The position numbers and the translations under genes were made by a program. DNA of 55,904 bases, counting the filler, from Sphacelaria rigidula (lineage: Eukaryota): the NCBI GenBank assembly GCA_964200075.2. It is 4 parts of 4 records of this genome, joined end to end, with 100 filler letters (N's around TTAATTAATTAA, not from the genome) between each part and the next. Parts side by side here need not be neighbours in the genome. Positions count along the whole stretch, not along the records: positions 14,006 to 27,907 come from CAXNAA020002597.1; positions 28,008 to 41,906 come from CAXNAA020002598.1; 2 more parts are not named here. The stretch is one strand, 5' to 3'. The first letter of the stretch is position 1. Every line of letters starts with the position of its first letter. Shown piece by piece: positions 24,335-37,750 of the stretch. The notes under the pieces were generated by a model. The model was not told the DNA's origin and made no database searches. It worked only from the letters and a program-made list of their open reading frames with translations.

Positions 24335-24540
24335 TCGACGAGGGGAAGGGACTGCGCTTAACTTCCGTCGCGATAAAAAATATAAGCAAGCATCGCAAAA
24401 GGTGTAGTACTAAAAACAAACAAGGAACAAAAACAAATCCTGTGTTGACCCTCCTGCTGTCAGACTCCGGCTGGTGTCCCCACATATACCGAAAAGTGTA
24501 GATTGGCATCCAGAATGGATGGGACGACAACTCGCACACG
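24335..24540 (+). mobile_element. Old 5'-truncated copy of the SINE 3' body
   Basis: Aligns with ~36176-36375 (GGGAAGGGACTGC..CGCGAT.AAAAA..ACTAAAAACAAACAA..TCCTGTGTTGACC..TACCGAAA..TCCAGAAT..GGGACGACAAC). Confidence 0.7.
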
Positions 24541-26139
24541 AAGTAGTACTATATTTTGCTGGCTCGCCAGAACTAAATCAATTCAACTGCATCCAATGTA
24601 AATCACACAAGCTTGTCAAGCTATACTATACTGTGAATCAATCATTTTTAACCGGGGGGGGGAGGGGAATCATGGAAATTTCAAACAGTACATTCTTGCT
24701 CAACGTTTTTCCTCCCATATAAGCTCTACAAACAGTATAAGGCTTGCCAACGCATACCCATGAATCCAACATTGATCACGCCAGGGGGGGTAGGGAAGCA
24801 TGCTCAATAAACAATTTTTAGAAACGAAAAACCAAAAGTCATGGCATTGGTCCGCATTTGCCCGCAGTTTCAGAAACGTACCGTTATTTCAGTACATAAC
24901 AGACCGCAGTGCAGTACCGTATACAAGCAGTAATCAGCCTGGAGTAGAGTACACAGAAGACAGTTGAATATGAGAGAATTCTACGTGGAATCACTAATAA
25001 CAACACTTCGCAATTCCGTTTCTGTTTGCAATCGGCGTGCTCAACGTGCTTCGTTAGCGCTCAATGTCTGAGAACACAAAATCAACCGTATCTCATATCA
25101 CCAGCCGATGTGATCTTGCCGTCCTGTACTGCACATCGCGATCAGTTGAAGCACTGGTTGTCAATCCATACAGTTTGGAACACAAGTGGTTGTCCATACA
25201 AGGCAATATGCTGAGTGACGGAATATAACACCCCTACACGACGAAATATGAAACCACACCCATACCCTCGGGGCATATATGAATGAAAGATACTGCATAG
25301 ATGGGCAGGGCATAACAGTGATCGAAAAAACAGGGGATGTAAGGGAAGGGCAATATATTGTCGACAAAAACAATCCGACTGCAAACCTGCAACATGAATC
25401 TTCGAGTCAAAAATGTAAGTTCAACTACTACCGTAGAGATGACGGAATATAACACCCCTACATGCAAAAAGCATGCACCCAGTCATGTCTATTTGCCTTG
25501 CATCTTCGGGGGGGACCGACTGGATAACAAAAAGGGAAGATCGTGTACAGTACAATGCAGGCCAACATGGTAGAATGGTCGAGTGCCATACCCTACAGAT
25601 CAGTGCAGTGTATTACAATACAGTGCAGACGCGAGAATCAACACATGTACGTACGTGACGTGTCCCACACTTTCATGACGGTAGATGAGGAGGGAAAACC
25701 CAAAGTCTCAAACAGATAAGAACCAATACAGGGCACACATAAAACACTCCAAAATCACACTTGCGCTCCGTCTCACTACAGAGCAATCGGGGCGTAACGC
25801 TGAATGAAAAACAAAAAACACACGAGTCGAAGTATTTTCGAAAAACTCGATCTCGATCCAAACAAAAATGATGACTCATGTAACCGAAAACTTCACGCAA
25901 AAATTGAACTCGTACACATGCAACATTCTACATCAATGGTAGATGAGTACAACACGTGCCTTTGGCCCTTTTCAAGGCCCCGATGTCCGGCACCCCCTAG
26001 CTGCTGCTGTTGTACGTCCACCACCTCCTGCGCTTTTCCCGCGATCGAAAGGGTGGTCCAAGCCCAGAATCGCGTCGGTGTTTCGCCGGCCTTTTCCAAG
26101 ATTGTCCATCGTGTCAGCCTTGCTGCTGCTGCTCCTATC

Positions 26140-26322
26140 GTTCGTGTTGTTGTTGTTGTTGTTGCTGTCTTGCTTGTAGTCGTCGTTTTTGTTGTAGTTG
26201 TCGTCGTTGTTGTCGTCGTTGTTGTTGTTGTTGTTGTTGTTGCTGTCTTGCTTGTAGTCGTCGTTTTTGTTGTAGTTGTCGTCGTTGTTGTCGTCGTTGT
26301 TGTTGTAGTTGTTGTAATTGCT

Positions 26323-26355
<33 letters not shown>

Positions 26356-26400
26356 TTCGTCGTCGTCGTCGTTGTTGTTGTTGTTGTTGTTGTTGTTATC
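26140..26400. repeat. Compound (GTT/GTC)n microsatellite with an internal ~78-bp duplication
   Basis: GTTGCTGTCTTGCTTGTAGTCGTCGTTTTTGTTGTAGTTGTCGTCG occurs twice amid GTT and GTC runs. Confidence 0.9.
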
Positions 26401-27907
26401 CTCGCTGTCGTGAAACCGTACCCTTGATGTGCCAGATTGCCCGATCTGGGCTTGATTCTGCGTGCGCAGACGTGCGTCTTAAAATGGTGTCGTAGTCGTA
26501 GGTGGAATGCGCTGCTGGGGGGTCGTCACTCTTGTCGCTGACGCGCGCGCTCCCAGGCTCGGTTCCTCGTCCTGTGCTTGACTTTGCTGACGCAGCTCTT
26601 GTAGCTGTTGCGCTTGCTCTCCTTTTCCGATGTATCCTTGCATTAATGTTCTCCATAGAAATCGAGCCTCGCCTAGATGAAGGGCTTCTTGATATTCCTC
26701 CATTATCCAATTCTTGGTCACCTCGGACCACACATATTTGAGTAAATACTCGAGCATACCGGTTCCCACGATGACATGAATGAAGTCCTCTTCTGTTGCG
26801 TACCCCCCCATGCCACTGTAGAATCAAGCCTACGACATGTAAATCCCTAGCAGTCCGTACATGAGCCCTGACCCAGGCCATGCTAGCATAGTAGGAAGCC
26901 TCATGTACCGGGTGCGTTGTCTGGGGAAGTTGTAGGCCTACCATGGCTAGTTGAGACCAGGTATCGTTCATGAAATTAATTAACCCATATTTGTCCACTC
27001 ACACACACATACGCAGAAAAACGCACGCAGCGCACGCACACCGCACACTGAACACACTGGATAATATGGGGTAGACATTCCTGGGAAAAACCCTCATACC
27101 AAATCACACGTCATAATCTCATCTCTTCGCCACGCAAGAAAGCGTGTGCCCCCAGTAGATATGTACTGCAAGCACTACATCGGGTATACCTCGAATAATA
27201 GAAATCTCTTATTCGTATTTCCCCTGTATGTCATGATCCAATCTCAATATCCATCTCCCTTGCACCCAGGCAGATGTACAGTTACAATCCTTGAGCGTAA
27301 GTAAAATCGATTAGTGGCTCACCTAACACCAGCGGCGCTACCGCCGCTTGAGCCATGTCGCCTATGCTTCAAACACTTCACGGAGAGACTCTTGCCTGAC
27401 TTGTGCGTCCTTCAGCTCACGGAGCGTCCCCCACTGCTGTGCGCTTCAAGCTGGTCTCCTCTTGTCTGAGGGCTAAACTGGCTCTCAGCTGCAGCCCACT
27501 TCTCCTCAGCCAAAACTCCTCTAACAGAGTGCCGAAAGAATAATAACTAGATAGTGTAGCCTCTGCCAGACGATCTGGACAAGAGGACTATCCACGAGGA
27601 ACTCCTCCAGTACCACTGGCCTCGTGCTCGACAAGTCCTTTCTTCTCACTTGTTATTATCACGGAGTAATCCTCAACAGACCCCACCAAGAGCCGGACAG
27701 CAAGGGGCCACACAGATGAGGGTCATCAATCCAGGATCCCCTGTTCCCTGCGACTGCTCCAATAATGCATGCGGTTATACTGAAACCTACGGCTTGGTAT
27801 CATCTGGCTACTACAGACCCCATGTACCCCCCCCCCCCCCCCCCCCCCCCGCCATCTCGCGGCCCGTCCTGCCTTGCTCCCCCCCCCCCGCACCACCGAC
27901 CACACTC

Positions 27908-28007
27908 NNNNNNNNNNNNNNNNNNNNNNNNNNNNNNNNNNNNNNNNNNNNTTAATTAATTAANNNNNNNNNNNNNNNNNNNNNNNNNNNNNNNNNNNNN
28001 NNNNNNN
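27908..28007. other. Artificial contig linker N44-TTAATTAATTAA-N44
   Basis: Same 100-bp linker. Confidence 0.97.
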
Positions 28008-28072
28008 ACTCATTTGTTGCTTGCCTTAGTCGTTTGACCATTGACCACGCATCCCTTTCGAGACGGAGCATG
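28008..28072 (-). repeat. Short high-identity dispersed repeat, copy 1
   Basis: Reverse complement of 55762-55841, apart from a 15-bp duplication in that copy. Confidence 0.9.
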
Positions 28073-28409
28073 GGTGGGGGGGGGGAGGGAGAGAGAGAGG
28101 AAGAGAGAGAGCGGGTACCAGAAAAATGTAAGAGAAGAGATGGGATACGAAAACCAAGCAGAACTTGTGCACAAACACAGCGAGCAACATCGCGAAGGTT
28201 GTACGCCAGGGAAGGAAGCCGAAAGCTTATGAGATAAAACAGGAGTATATCAGTTTCATGTTACTCCAGCATCTCCCCCTCATCTCTAGTCGGGTACGAA
28301 GCGAGTCACTCTCTCGATCATCTCCATCCTGAATTCCGTCCTGGGTTGTTGTTGCTGCTGTTGTACTAATAGTACTTTCGGTTACGGCGACATCCCCACT
28401 GATGGCGCT

Positions 28410-28900
28410 CGATACAACAGCCTCTTGCCTGTGGCGTAGGTTCGATCGGCACATGTCCTCGCATCGCTACGCCTGCTCGAACCCCTCTGTCTCTTCCTCG
28501 ACCCCCAGGTGCACATGCTCAAGCTCTTCGCGACAGCGGTCGACTCCGGTGCGTTCTGACCTCCATACCGTGGACAACCCATTTCCTTCGTTATCCCTCC
28601 TACGGTTCTACCCCTAGCGCATGCAGGATCTCCTTAGGCAGTTTCAACGGTGATTGGAAGGCCGGCCAACCTCCTTGGGCCTTTGTATGGATAACTGTCC
28701 GAACATGATGCGCCGATGATTGACGTTTGATCGTTGACATTTGATCCGATATCTGCACCCCTTGGGCTATCATGAGGTCCAAAATTGGGGAAATCCGGCT
28801 CCTACGTATGACGGGGTTTGGTGTTTGACGATTTTTTCACAAAACGTTGCTGCTACAAATGACTCTAAGTGATGCGACTGCCAAAAACGTGAAGTTTGGG
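28410..28900 (-). pseudogene. Decayed RTE-like LINE 3' fragment
   Basis: Minus strand reads RRIMFGQLSIQRPKEVGRP (~RLP.RIMFG.L....GRP), then KEILHALG, RKWVVHGMEV and GVEEETEGFEQA, with frameshifts and stops. Confidence 0.6.
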
Positions 28901-30117
28901 TGCAGGCAGTGCTACTGTACCTCGCCACCGCGGAAGCTCTGTCGTCCATGCAACAACACGGACACCAACCTGTAGTCTGTTCGTCAATATAGGACGGTGT
29001 GCTTTTTCGGGGCTGAATCAAACTAGAACTGAGCGAGCACCGATGTCTGACAGGAGCCATGGCGCAGCTGAAACGATGCACAATGATTCAGACGTACACC
29101 CATCTCTTCGTTTCATACACCGCGCACTCGTCTATTCATTTTATACGTCGCGCGGTTTGCGGACGCTCACGAACTACAGAGTCGGTGTCCGTGAACTAAA
29201 GCTCCTTCTTTGCGTAGCCGAGAACAGGCGATCGTTAGATGTAGTGCATTTATCCGTCGACACCGCACGGGTGCGGGCAATCTACTGTAGAGCGAGAAAT
29301 AATATTGGGAACCTCCCACATTTGCATGGTCTATGTGACGACACGTACCGGACCTTATTTTGTTCAAAGTGGTACTCTGCTACAGTTTGTTTCTTCCGTC
29401 ATTTTTTGCGTGGATCTGGATCCGTATGGGTCTGGATCCGCCCGAAGCAAAAACAAGCTGACCCGGGTCAAAAAATATTCCCCCAAATTCAGGACGAGTA
29501 CATGACCTTACGTAGGCTCCTGTCTCGGCGCCGCAGCAGCGCATCGAGAGGGTACGCGCGCCCCTCGTTACTTGTTGGCACCAATGAGCTTCTTGGATCG
29601 CAAAATTCGCTAATAAGTGGAGAGTCCGTGGTACTTTAGCATGCACCTTAAACGTTTCATAGAAAAGAGGACATCAAATTTGCCACTACATGCATACATG
29701 TATACATGGATACAAGCATACAAGCATACGTGATTACACATATAGATAGGTAGATGCACGCTGGCAGCTGCGCATCCGTGCGCGGGACTCCCTTGCGTCA
29801 CCTTGGGGGGATGAGGGTCAGGTACAGTACGGGAGTACTAAGACGAAGGAGGATCATTATCCAAATCACAGACTCGTGGAGGAGGGGGTTGCTGACGTCG
29901 TGTTAGAGTATGACTGGTGCGAGGAGCTTCTGCATTATACATATATACGAGTGTTGTATAGGTGTGACGTTTTTTTCGACACAAGTATAGAAAAACTACG
30001 AGTAATAGCAGAAAAACGTATGGTATATATTGCTCATGATTCACTCCGTAGCAGTATCAGGACTGAAGCCGCCGCAGCACCCGTCTCTTTTTCTCCTGCG
30101 GGACACGGATCCAGCAG

Positions 30118-30515
30118 ATGATCAAGCATCGAGTGGTTTTGCACTCGACACAAGGCAGAGTATTTTCCACTGCAGGATATAAACATCTTACCATTTATTA
30201 CTCCACATCTCGCTTTCATGTCTTGGTTCCGGCTCTTAGTCACAGACAACCTACGCTGTTTTCGCCCCGTACCGTCGTACCGTCGTACCGTCGTACCGTC
30301 TTACTGCCGCCTTCCGCCGCGCGCAGCTTGAAGACTACCACTGACGTCAAGCCGTTGGTGGGATTTGTGGATGATTGTGATGCGAAGCCCGACGCCGCAA
30401 GAACATCATTCCCGGCTACGGCGATTGCCGCAGCCCAGAAAGCCTACGACCCTGTGCCCGACTTTAACGATGCTAGGTCATCCTATTCATCATTCACCAC
30501 GTGGGAACTGTTGAG
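30118..30515 (+). CDS. PRODH: Proline dehydrogenase exon 1 (start tentative; presequence-like N-terminus, ends PDFNDARSSYSSFTTWELLR)
   Basis: DF.DA..SY....TWEL.R matches the eukaryotic PRODH N-terminal motif. GTGAG donor at 30516, phase 2. The true start or acceptor could lie at ~30246 or ~30328. Confidence 0.7.
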
Positions 30516-33500
30516 GTGAGAACTATCGGAAAGGATTGATCGACGCCGGCGGCCGCGATCGGAAGGGTGGGGAGAAACGGGTACGAGCATATCCTATTAG
30601 TAGTGGGCATGGGTAGCGAGTACCGCTGCAGCTAAAGCTGACGCGTACTTCCGGAATTGTTGCGCTGTACTACATCCATCACTTTTCAAAGAGGCGAGGC
30701 GGAATTTCTAGTCTAATTCCCTCGTAGACATGAAATGAAACCGAGTGCTCGGAAACAGGCTGTCAGCAAGCTACACAGTAGGCGAATTGCACACTAATAG
30801 CCGGGAAACCTCGTTCTAGAAAACTCGAGAGAGGGAAATATGAAGAAGAAATAGGGGACAAGCAGAGTGAGCGGCACCAAGACAACGATGAGGAATGAAG
30901 GGAAGCGAGGGGGGAGAGAGAGGCACACACACACACATGGAATCTCCGTGCGTCCCTCTGGCTGGTCCATTTGTAGACGTGTATATTCAGTGTTTGTACA
31001 TAAAGGGCAACGTACGTCTCGAAAACGTCAACATTCGATTTTTCTTTTTTCCACCCGAAGGAGCCAACGTTCTCTTCGACGAAATCGCCTTCCTTCTCCA
31101 GCTCGTTTGCGTTCCTGTGAGAACGGTTATTCCCTTTTTAACTACACTACCCGCCGCTAGCTCGGGTATGCTGTATGCCTATCGATCTATCGTATTCCTA
31201 CTTCGCGTTGGGACAGCCTCAGACTTGCCGAGGTCGCCTCGTTTGCTGTGTGGATGATCCTGAGATAATATTACCCTCACGAATAACCCTCATCTCCCTT
31301 TGCTTCCTACTTCTTATTTTGCTCTAGCTTCGTTGGCCTGATGAGTGTTTGTTCTGATATTCCCGGATCTCGTCCGTGGAAGAGTATGGACGCCTTTTGT
31401 TTGTACACGCTCTGTCCGCTAGCCGCTGATATGGAGACATCATTCGTCTCATTGCTGCCTACCTCTCCTTTTTTCTCGAACGTTTCCTCAACAATTTCAA
31501 CCGCTGGCATGTGGCTGGAGAACAGCTGTCCACTGTCGATTGGTAGACCTGCCATACGCTGGGGGTTAAACACTTTGCTGATATAGAGGATATAGATTCC
31601 GTACAAACCAAGGTACCTGCCTTTTTGCTGTTCATGGGTTTCCTTGTCATCTCGTCTACTTCGCTCATTTCTATCGTCCGCATTGATCTCGTAGTTTGTC
31701 CTCCATTGTTTTTGCCCGCTTTTACCGTCATTCGCGTGCCGTTGCTGCCGCTCCCTCTTCAGCCCGTCTTTCACCTCCGTACTATTTGTGCCACATGGTT
31801 GTCCAATGTCCTGGGTTGTAGCGAAAATATGTTCGCTCCTTCTCTTTTTGGCGCGGCTTTCGGGTTGTGTGCACACTTTTTCCCGTGCCATGGGTGCCAT
31901 TGATGCGTTTCTCGCAAAGGCTGTAGTCTATGACATTGTTGATTCTACGCTTTATGTATACCTGTAGCGTTCTTGCCCAGCAGCCACACGAGCGTTGACG
32001 ACTGCTTGTACTCTAGTGAGATGGGTGAAATATGGCCCCGGGCCTGGATATGAGTTGGGTGCGGTGACTGTCTTCTCCATTCCCTCAGCGGCTGCGCACT
32101 CTGCTGACTATGTATGTCGTCCAGTTCCAGACACTACTATTGACTGTCATGATGTTTTTTGTGTGTTGCCGAGATTATCTTGGACATTAACAGGGAGCAC
32201 TCCGTTGCTGATGCCACAGCGTAGCCCTTTAGTAATTGTCGCCCGTATCCGGGGTTGTATTGGCGTGTAGCCGATGAGCACTTGCAGTAGTTGTTTCTCG
32301 TCGGGCAGTAAAATGCTGTAAAACAATTGATGGGGCGCGTCAATGTTTACCGACGTGGTGATCTTCATGTACATTTTTGCCGCGAAACTGTATCGTTGAC
32401 TGTTCCATGCTGCGCTACCATCGATAGGTGGTTGATGACGAGGTGATACATAGTTGGTGGCCTTACGGTGGGAGTGTTGTCCATGTGTTTCCAAACACCG
32501 GTGGCGGTGTCAGTCATTACAGCATCCCCCCTCTCTGAGTATCTCTGAGCCTTTCTGAGGCGTTTTTTCCCTGTTAGGCTCTGAATCTGATGGTTGAACA
32601 CACTTCGTTGGTGCCAAAGTCCCAGACTGATCCTGACCCCAACCCCAACCCAACGCGACAGAGAACCCTGGGGCAAGGGGGTTACAGGAGGTGGTGCCCT
32701 AGGCAACGTGTGGGTTGGCTGAGGTCGAAATTGGGGCCGGTTCGAGCTAAACCGCGTGCTTCACATGCTGGGCGAACGCTTGAGACTGAGCCTTGAGATT
32801 TGAATATGATGATCCCATAATGAAAGCAACTATGGTTGAACAATCGACTTTCGAAGCCGAACTGGCGGAACTGTACTGACCTCTCCGAGGGTATGGGCGA
32901 TGCAAGCACCTTCTCTGCGGGTAAGGGTTGATATACCACCGACATCGTGGTTGGTGTTGTAATTGCTGTTGCCTGCCCCTGCCCTTCAGCACAAGTGTGG
33001 TTTGCGTTCATGTCTACAAGACATGTCTGTGCTACTCCGAATTCTCGGGAATTGGGATAGTGAAACTCCAGACGTCAAAGTTATCATGTCCCGCGATCAT
33101 AATCTGCACCCTTGTCTTTCAAGCACAGCCTGGAGAAACAAATCCCAGTTAAGACCATGTGCAGTGAGGACTAACCTAGTGGAATTTGTGCTCTGCGTAT
33201 ATCATCTCAAGCCCTGACAGGGGGAGTACCGTACCCCGTGCCGTGGCAAGTTTTCCCGGCTGTATTGATCACTATCGGCGGCCGCATCAAACATGCACAC
33301 ACATCGTGTTTCCTTCCGCCCTTCTCTCTTTCTCTATCTAGTCGATCGGCCAATAGCGGTTCCCAGAACGAGCGTAGATTCCCAAGTGGTGAAATGCACC
33401 ACTGCCTAGCAGCATGGATATACCTTTTGTTCTGCCTGCATGGGAAGGATAAATCCCCGCTACTCATGAGAACAGGTGTTTGTGAAGGGCTTGGGGGGTG

Positions 33501-36025
33501 TAAATAGGCTGCCTGTGACCAGCGACACGGTAGAAACCGAGAAAAGAGCGCATGGGGTGCCAGAGAGACGCTATCAGGATACGTTGTACAGTACGAAGGA
33601 TCCGTTCTTTGAGAAAGGCACTCTGCAGGGAAGTTACCACTAGGCGCTCGTAAGCATGTCATACCCGCCGCTCTTTTTTTCTGGTTAAATTGATGTTCTC
33701 GCCGCAACCACTCCCATGTGAGCAGATAAGGTTTTGAATGTACTCCTTCTCAACAGGTGTAGCACACTTTGTCACGTTTGCCGGGAGTACGAGTACGTTC
33801 AGAACTTGAGTTGGCGCAGATGGTGAATGAGGCGTTGCTTAGAAAATGACCACTTGTCCAACCGCTGGTTACTGTTATTTGTCTTGACCTGCTCTGCTCA
33901 CTGCTCTGTGTTGTGCTGTGCAGTAGGCGCTGGAGTGCTGTGGTTTATTATATACCGAACGCCATGTTGCAGTCACCCGCTGCTAGGCTTCCTGTTTACA
34001 GTCCCTAACCCCGTGACCTTCTACCCCACAAACCCGAGAGTTTCCATCCTTACCCCTGCCTCGCCCTGCTTTTAACGCCACCATCGTCGATGTTCTACTG
34101 TTTCCAACACGAGGTACTGTGACTACCAATGCCTGTCTCGCTGTAGTGTTGCCATAAATGTTGCGGGTACCCATCTCCAACTTTCCACGCCATCGTCCGG
34201 ATTCTCATTGGCCGCGTCTCTCGTGCGGCTATAGTCGTCAGATAGTCGTTTTGGAATTCCATCTCAGAATCAAAATTTTGACCGTTCTAGATCCGTATCT
34301 TTCAGCGTCTCAACCCGTTGATTGGACCTTGCGAAATAGTGTTCGGCTATTCATTGCTGCTCATCCAAGATGCACTCAGTCGCTTCTTCAAAATTCTTCC
34401 GCGTTGCCTCGAGCTTTTCTCATAATTACCATGGCCTTCCTTGCCCCTATATTGTCACCTTACGCAGTAGCTGAGATCGCGAGCGGTGTCAGTAGTACTC
34501 ATAAACAGCGCGCTAAACGTGTCTTCGTTGACATCGTTCCCGTCGCGTTCAGCAGTTCGCAACGTACGATGGGTCGTCAGAAAAGGTTTCATCAGCATTG
34601 ACCCCTCCTTCTCATCCTGAGCCGTTAGGATGATTGCATTACCCCTGAACTCGTCTCAGGGATTGATGTATATGGAATACGTGAAGCGTACCACGTCCAA
34701 CACTTCTAGTCCCACCTGCAGAAGCGTACCGCATGGCCGTATCCGATGAATGAAATAAGTATATGCCCAGGATCCTCGGCTGATGCCGCAGGGTCTGGTG
34801 CTGACGGCTATGCAGCTGCGGGTGATGGCGCAGGTGTAGACGCTGGGGTCGCGTCACAGTGCTGTACACCTTCTCTTGCACCCGCTCCATCCGCATTAGC
34901 CTATAGCAGATCTGTATTGTGCGTAGTCACTGTATCCCGTTCGTTGTCAGTATCAGTATCTACCTCCCCCACTACCGGTCTGGGTTCACTGTCGATGATC
35001 GTCTTAATTGTCGTTCTGGATAGTATTACTAAAGTCGAAACTGAACGCTTCCACGATGGATACTCGTCATATATCACTTTTATTACAGAGATGCGCTTTG
35101 ATATCGGAAGTTGTCACTATTTCTGTAATGTTTGTATCTCCACCAATATTTTGGTCATGACCTACTTTTCACTAGTGGTATGCTCCGTATGACCGAATAC
35201 TCTGGTAGTGGTGTGCACTAGTAGTATGCTCTTTATGATCAAATACTCGGCTACCGAAGCGACTGATACCCCGCCCTCCTGCGGATTTTATGCGCAGGAC
35301 GTGATCACTGCACCTGAATACCGTGGCTGCGCTCTCATAACCTATCCTTGCGGGATAGCGACGTAAATTCAGTGCTAACGATCCCATGCCCGCTCGTTAC
35401 CCACACGAGTTCACCCACCCGTCGGAGGGCCTGGTGGACTAGGTTGAATGTCCCATCATCAGTCGTTGGTGATGTAGTACCGAGGCGATGATCGGCTGGT
35501 AGGCGGGGCGATGGTTAGCTTGCGGACAAATCAAAAGCAGGAGCTTTTAGTAGTCAACGCGATAGCCTTGATACGTTGTCCCCCGACTCGGAAAGTGAAG
35601 AGCACCTAGAAACTGTGCCTCTACTCTAGTTACACTGTAATAGCGCTATCTCTTCTCGATGCGGGATTCATTGCGTTTCCTGACCCGCTCTAGTGATGCG
35701 TTGGCATGTAACTATACCCTTGCTGGTGGTTGAGGTTTGCTACTGCAGCCTTGTGTTGTCTGGGCCCTTTCTCGGATGTGGCACGAGGCTCACAACCTGT
35801 TGAAAAGACGCGACGAATTGGGTATCGGGTATCTACGGGTTTCTCATCACTAATGTCAGTAGCTACGTGCAGGCGCCTGGTCCCTGCACTCTACTCGTAC
35901 CGAACTGTACGCCATGTGCACACGCGTCACTTTGTGATTATTTTGTTATTTCGACCCAGGTTCCGAGTGACATCTCCAGCGCACTTCATTTATAGAATAG
36001 AGGGAGTATAACTCCTCGTACACAC

Positions 36026-36368
36026 ACCGATCGCCCCGGTGGCTCAGTTGGTAACCTCGAAACCTTCTCACGGTTGGGTCGTGGGTTAGAATCTTGGAGC
36101 GATCTGGGATTTTTTCGCACAATGCCCAACAATGGAGAGCGACAATGTCGTGCGAACACAGAATTAAAGTTAATAGTCGATTAGGGAAAGGGACTGCTGG
36201 ACCCCTCTCGCGATGAAAAAGAAGGCGAGCACAGCCGAAGGAATGTGGAGAACTAAAAACAAACAAAAAAGAAAAGCTCCTGTGTTGACCATCCCCCTGT
36301 GTGACCCCGCCTGGTGCGCCCACGTGTACCGAAAGATGTCAACCGGCGTCCAGAATACACGGGACGAC

Positions 36369-36424
<56 letters not shown>

Positions 36425-36430
36425 CACACA
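36026..36430 (+). mobile_element. Full-length tRNA-derived SINE with a (CA)n tail, in PRODH intron 1
   Basis: A-box TGGCTCAGTTGG (36040-36051), B-box-like GGTTAGAATC, body shared with 24335-24540, ~60-bp (CA)n tail. A second head copy is at 1-50. Confidence 0.8.
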
Positions 36431-36591
36431 AGACTAGCTCGTACGCTAGCAAATCTCACCACAGAAGAGGAATCAACTTGTGCAGTCGTGTTACGGCGCT
36501 GCGCATGTGTCTAAGCGTTTCTCCCTCTCCCTCTCCCCCTCTCACCTCCTCCCGTCGCCCCGGTCTCATGTACCCTGTGCTCCCTGTGCAG

Positions 36592-36663
36592 GGCGTACGC
36601 CGTGCTGCGCGCTTGTGCGATCAGGCCGATGGTGGATAACAGCGAAACTTTGCTCAAACTCGG
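36592..36663 (+). CDS. PRODH: Proline dehydrogenase exon 2 (AYAVLRACAIRPMVDNSETLLKLG)
   Basis: Pyrimidine tract plus CAG, GTAGG donor, phase 2/2 joining exons 1 and 3 in frame. Matches the V.R.C motif that follows WEL.R. Confidence 0.85.
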
Positions 36664-37279
36664 GTAGGACATACAGAGGAACAAAAAAGACACATCCGCA
36701 GCGTAGTGCGAGTGGTTTTGGTGGGAGGGTGAAATAGTTCGACTGCAGCAAGGAGGCACATGGTCAGACTTGTCAGGAATCATAACCCCAAAATCTCCAC
36801 AAGGGCAAGATAGGGGCGAGAAAGGGTAGGGTGGTACTTCTCATATCAATGTCTTCTTGTACGGACTCATTACTCATAAGTTAAAACAACACGTTGTCTG
36901 CGCGCCGCCTTTGCTATGAGAAATCCGTGCTTGGGTTGGAAATAACGGGGAGAACTTCGTACTCCCCTCCCTCCACCCGCCCCCGAATGATATATTATGT
37001 CTGAGCGCTGCTTGGACTGTGTGTGAGAAACAAGATTTCTGGGTGGAAAGCAGCTGCGAGAAATCCGTATTTTGCGCATAGAAACCAGCGCCAGGGGGTT
37101 GGCTCCCGGGAGAAATATTGAATCTCTTGATGCCTTTCATAGAAACGAACGCTTCGTTGACAAATCGTAGATGAGGTTCTTATCATGCTCGGGGTGAAAT
37201 GGTGGCATCTGCAGTAAATTGACCATTCTTCTACTTTGCTCTCTCCCCCTCCTCTCCCCTCTCCCCAAACATCATCCAG

Positions 37280-37514
37280 ATATCGCACAATCGGCGAAAA
37301 CCTCACTAACTCAACTTTGGGTAAGACATTCTTTGCGCATTTTTGCGCGGGAGAAACAGCGGAGGAGGTCGGCGGTCGCGTCGCCGCGCTTCGATCTCTG
37401 GGAATCGGCGGTATCCTAGATTATGCCGCTGAGGTGGACCTGAGGCCGGCAAAAGAGAGAGAGGAGAGGGAGGCAAAGAGACGGGCCGCAGGGGATGATC
37501 GACTACTCCGAGAG
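37280..37514 (+). CDS. PRODH: Proline dehydrogenase exon 3 (KTFFAHFCAGET...GIGGILDYAAE)
   Basis: Diagnostic PRODH motifs HF.AGE and ILDY..E; CAG acceptor, GT donor at 37515. Confidence 0.93.
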
Positions 37515-37679
37515 GTATCCCTGAGTAGACTACTTGACATCTGCGTATATATCTATCTGATGTTCCTCTACTTTTTTTTTATCGGTTCACATTAACCGTT
37601 GAGAGTTTGAACGTCGGTTTTCGGCAATTGTGACGTCCCCCGTAAAAACCCAATCAGCCATATCGGATTTGTATGTCAG

Positions 37680-37750
37680 ATTCGTATTCGTATTCGTATT
37701 CGTATTCGTATTCGTATTCGTATTCGTATTCGTATTCGTATTCGTATTCG
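37680..37750. repeat. (TTCGTA)n hexanucleotide microsatellite
   Basis: About 12 perfect units in PRODH intron 3. Confidence 0.95.

Noticed and set aside
25804..26495. Poly-Val and poly-Cys/Arg plus-strand ORFs
   Set aside because: These are microsatellite translation artefacts.
31161..31232. Candidate PRODH exon 2 (TAG...GT, phase compatible)
   Set aside because: The peptide lacks PRODH similarity and the donor is weak; 36592-36663 fits the family motif much better.
31307..31900. 197-aa minus-strand ORF as a gene nested in PRODH intron 1
   Set aside because: No recognisable domain; the SISAASGQSVYKQ segment resembles decayed RTE-LINE RT, so it is more likely TE debris.
36026..36110. Functional tRNA gene
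   Set aside because: It has A/B-box motifs but no proper acceptor or anticodon stems, and it continues into a repeated body and (CA)n tail, so it is a SINE head.
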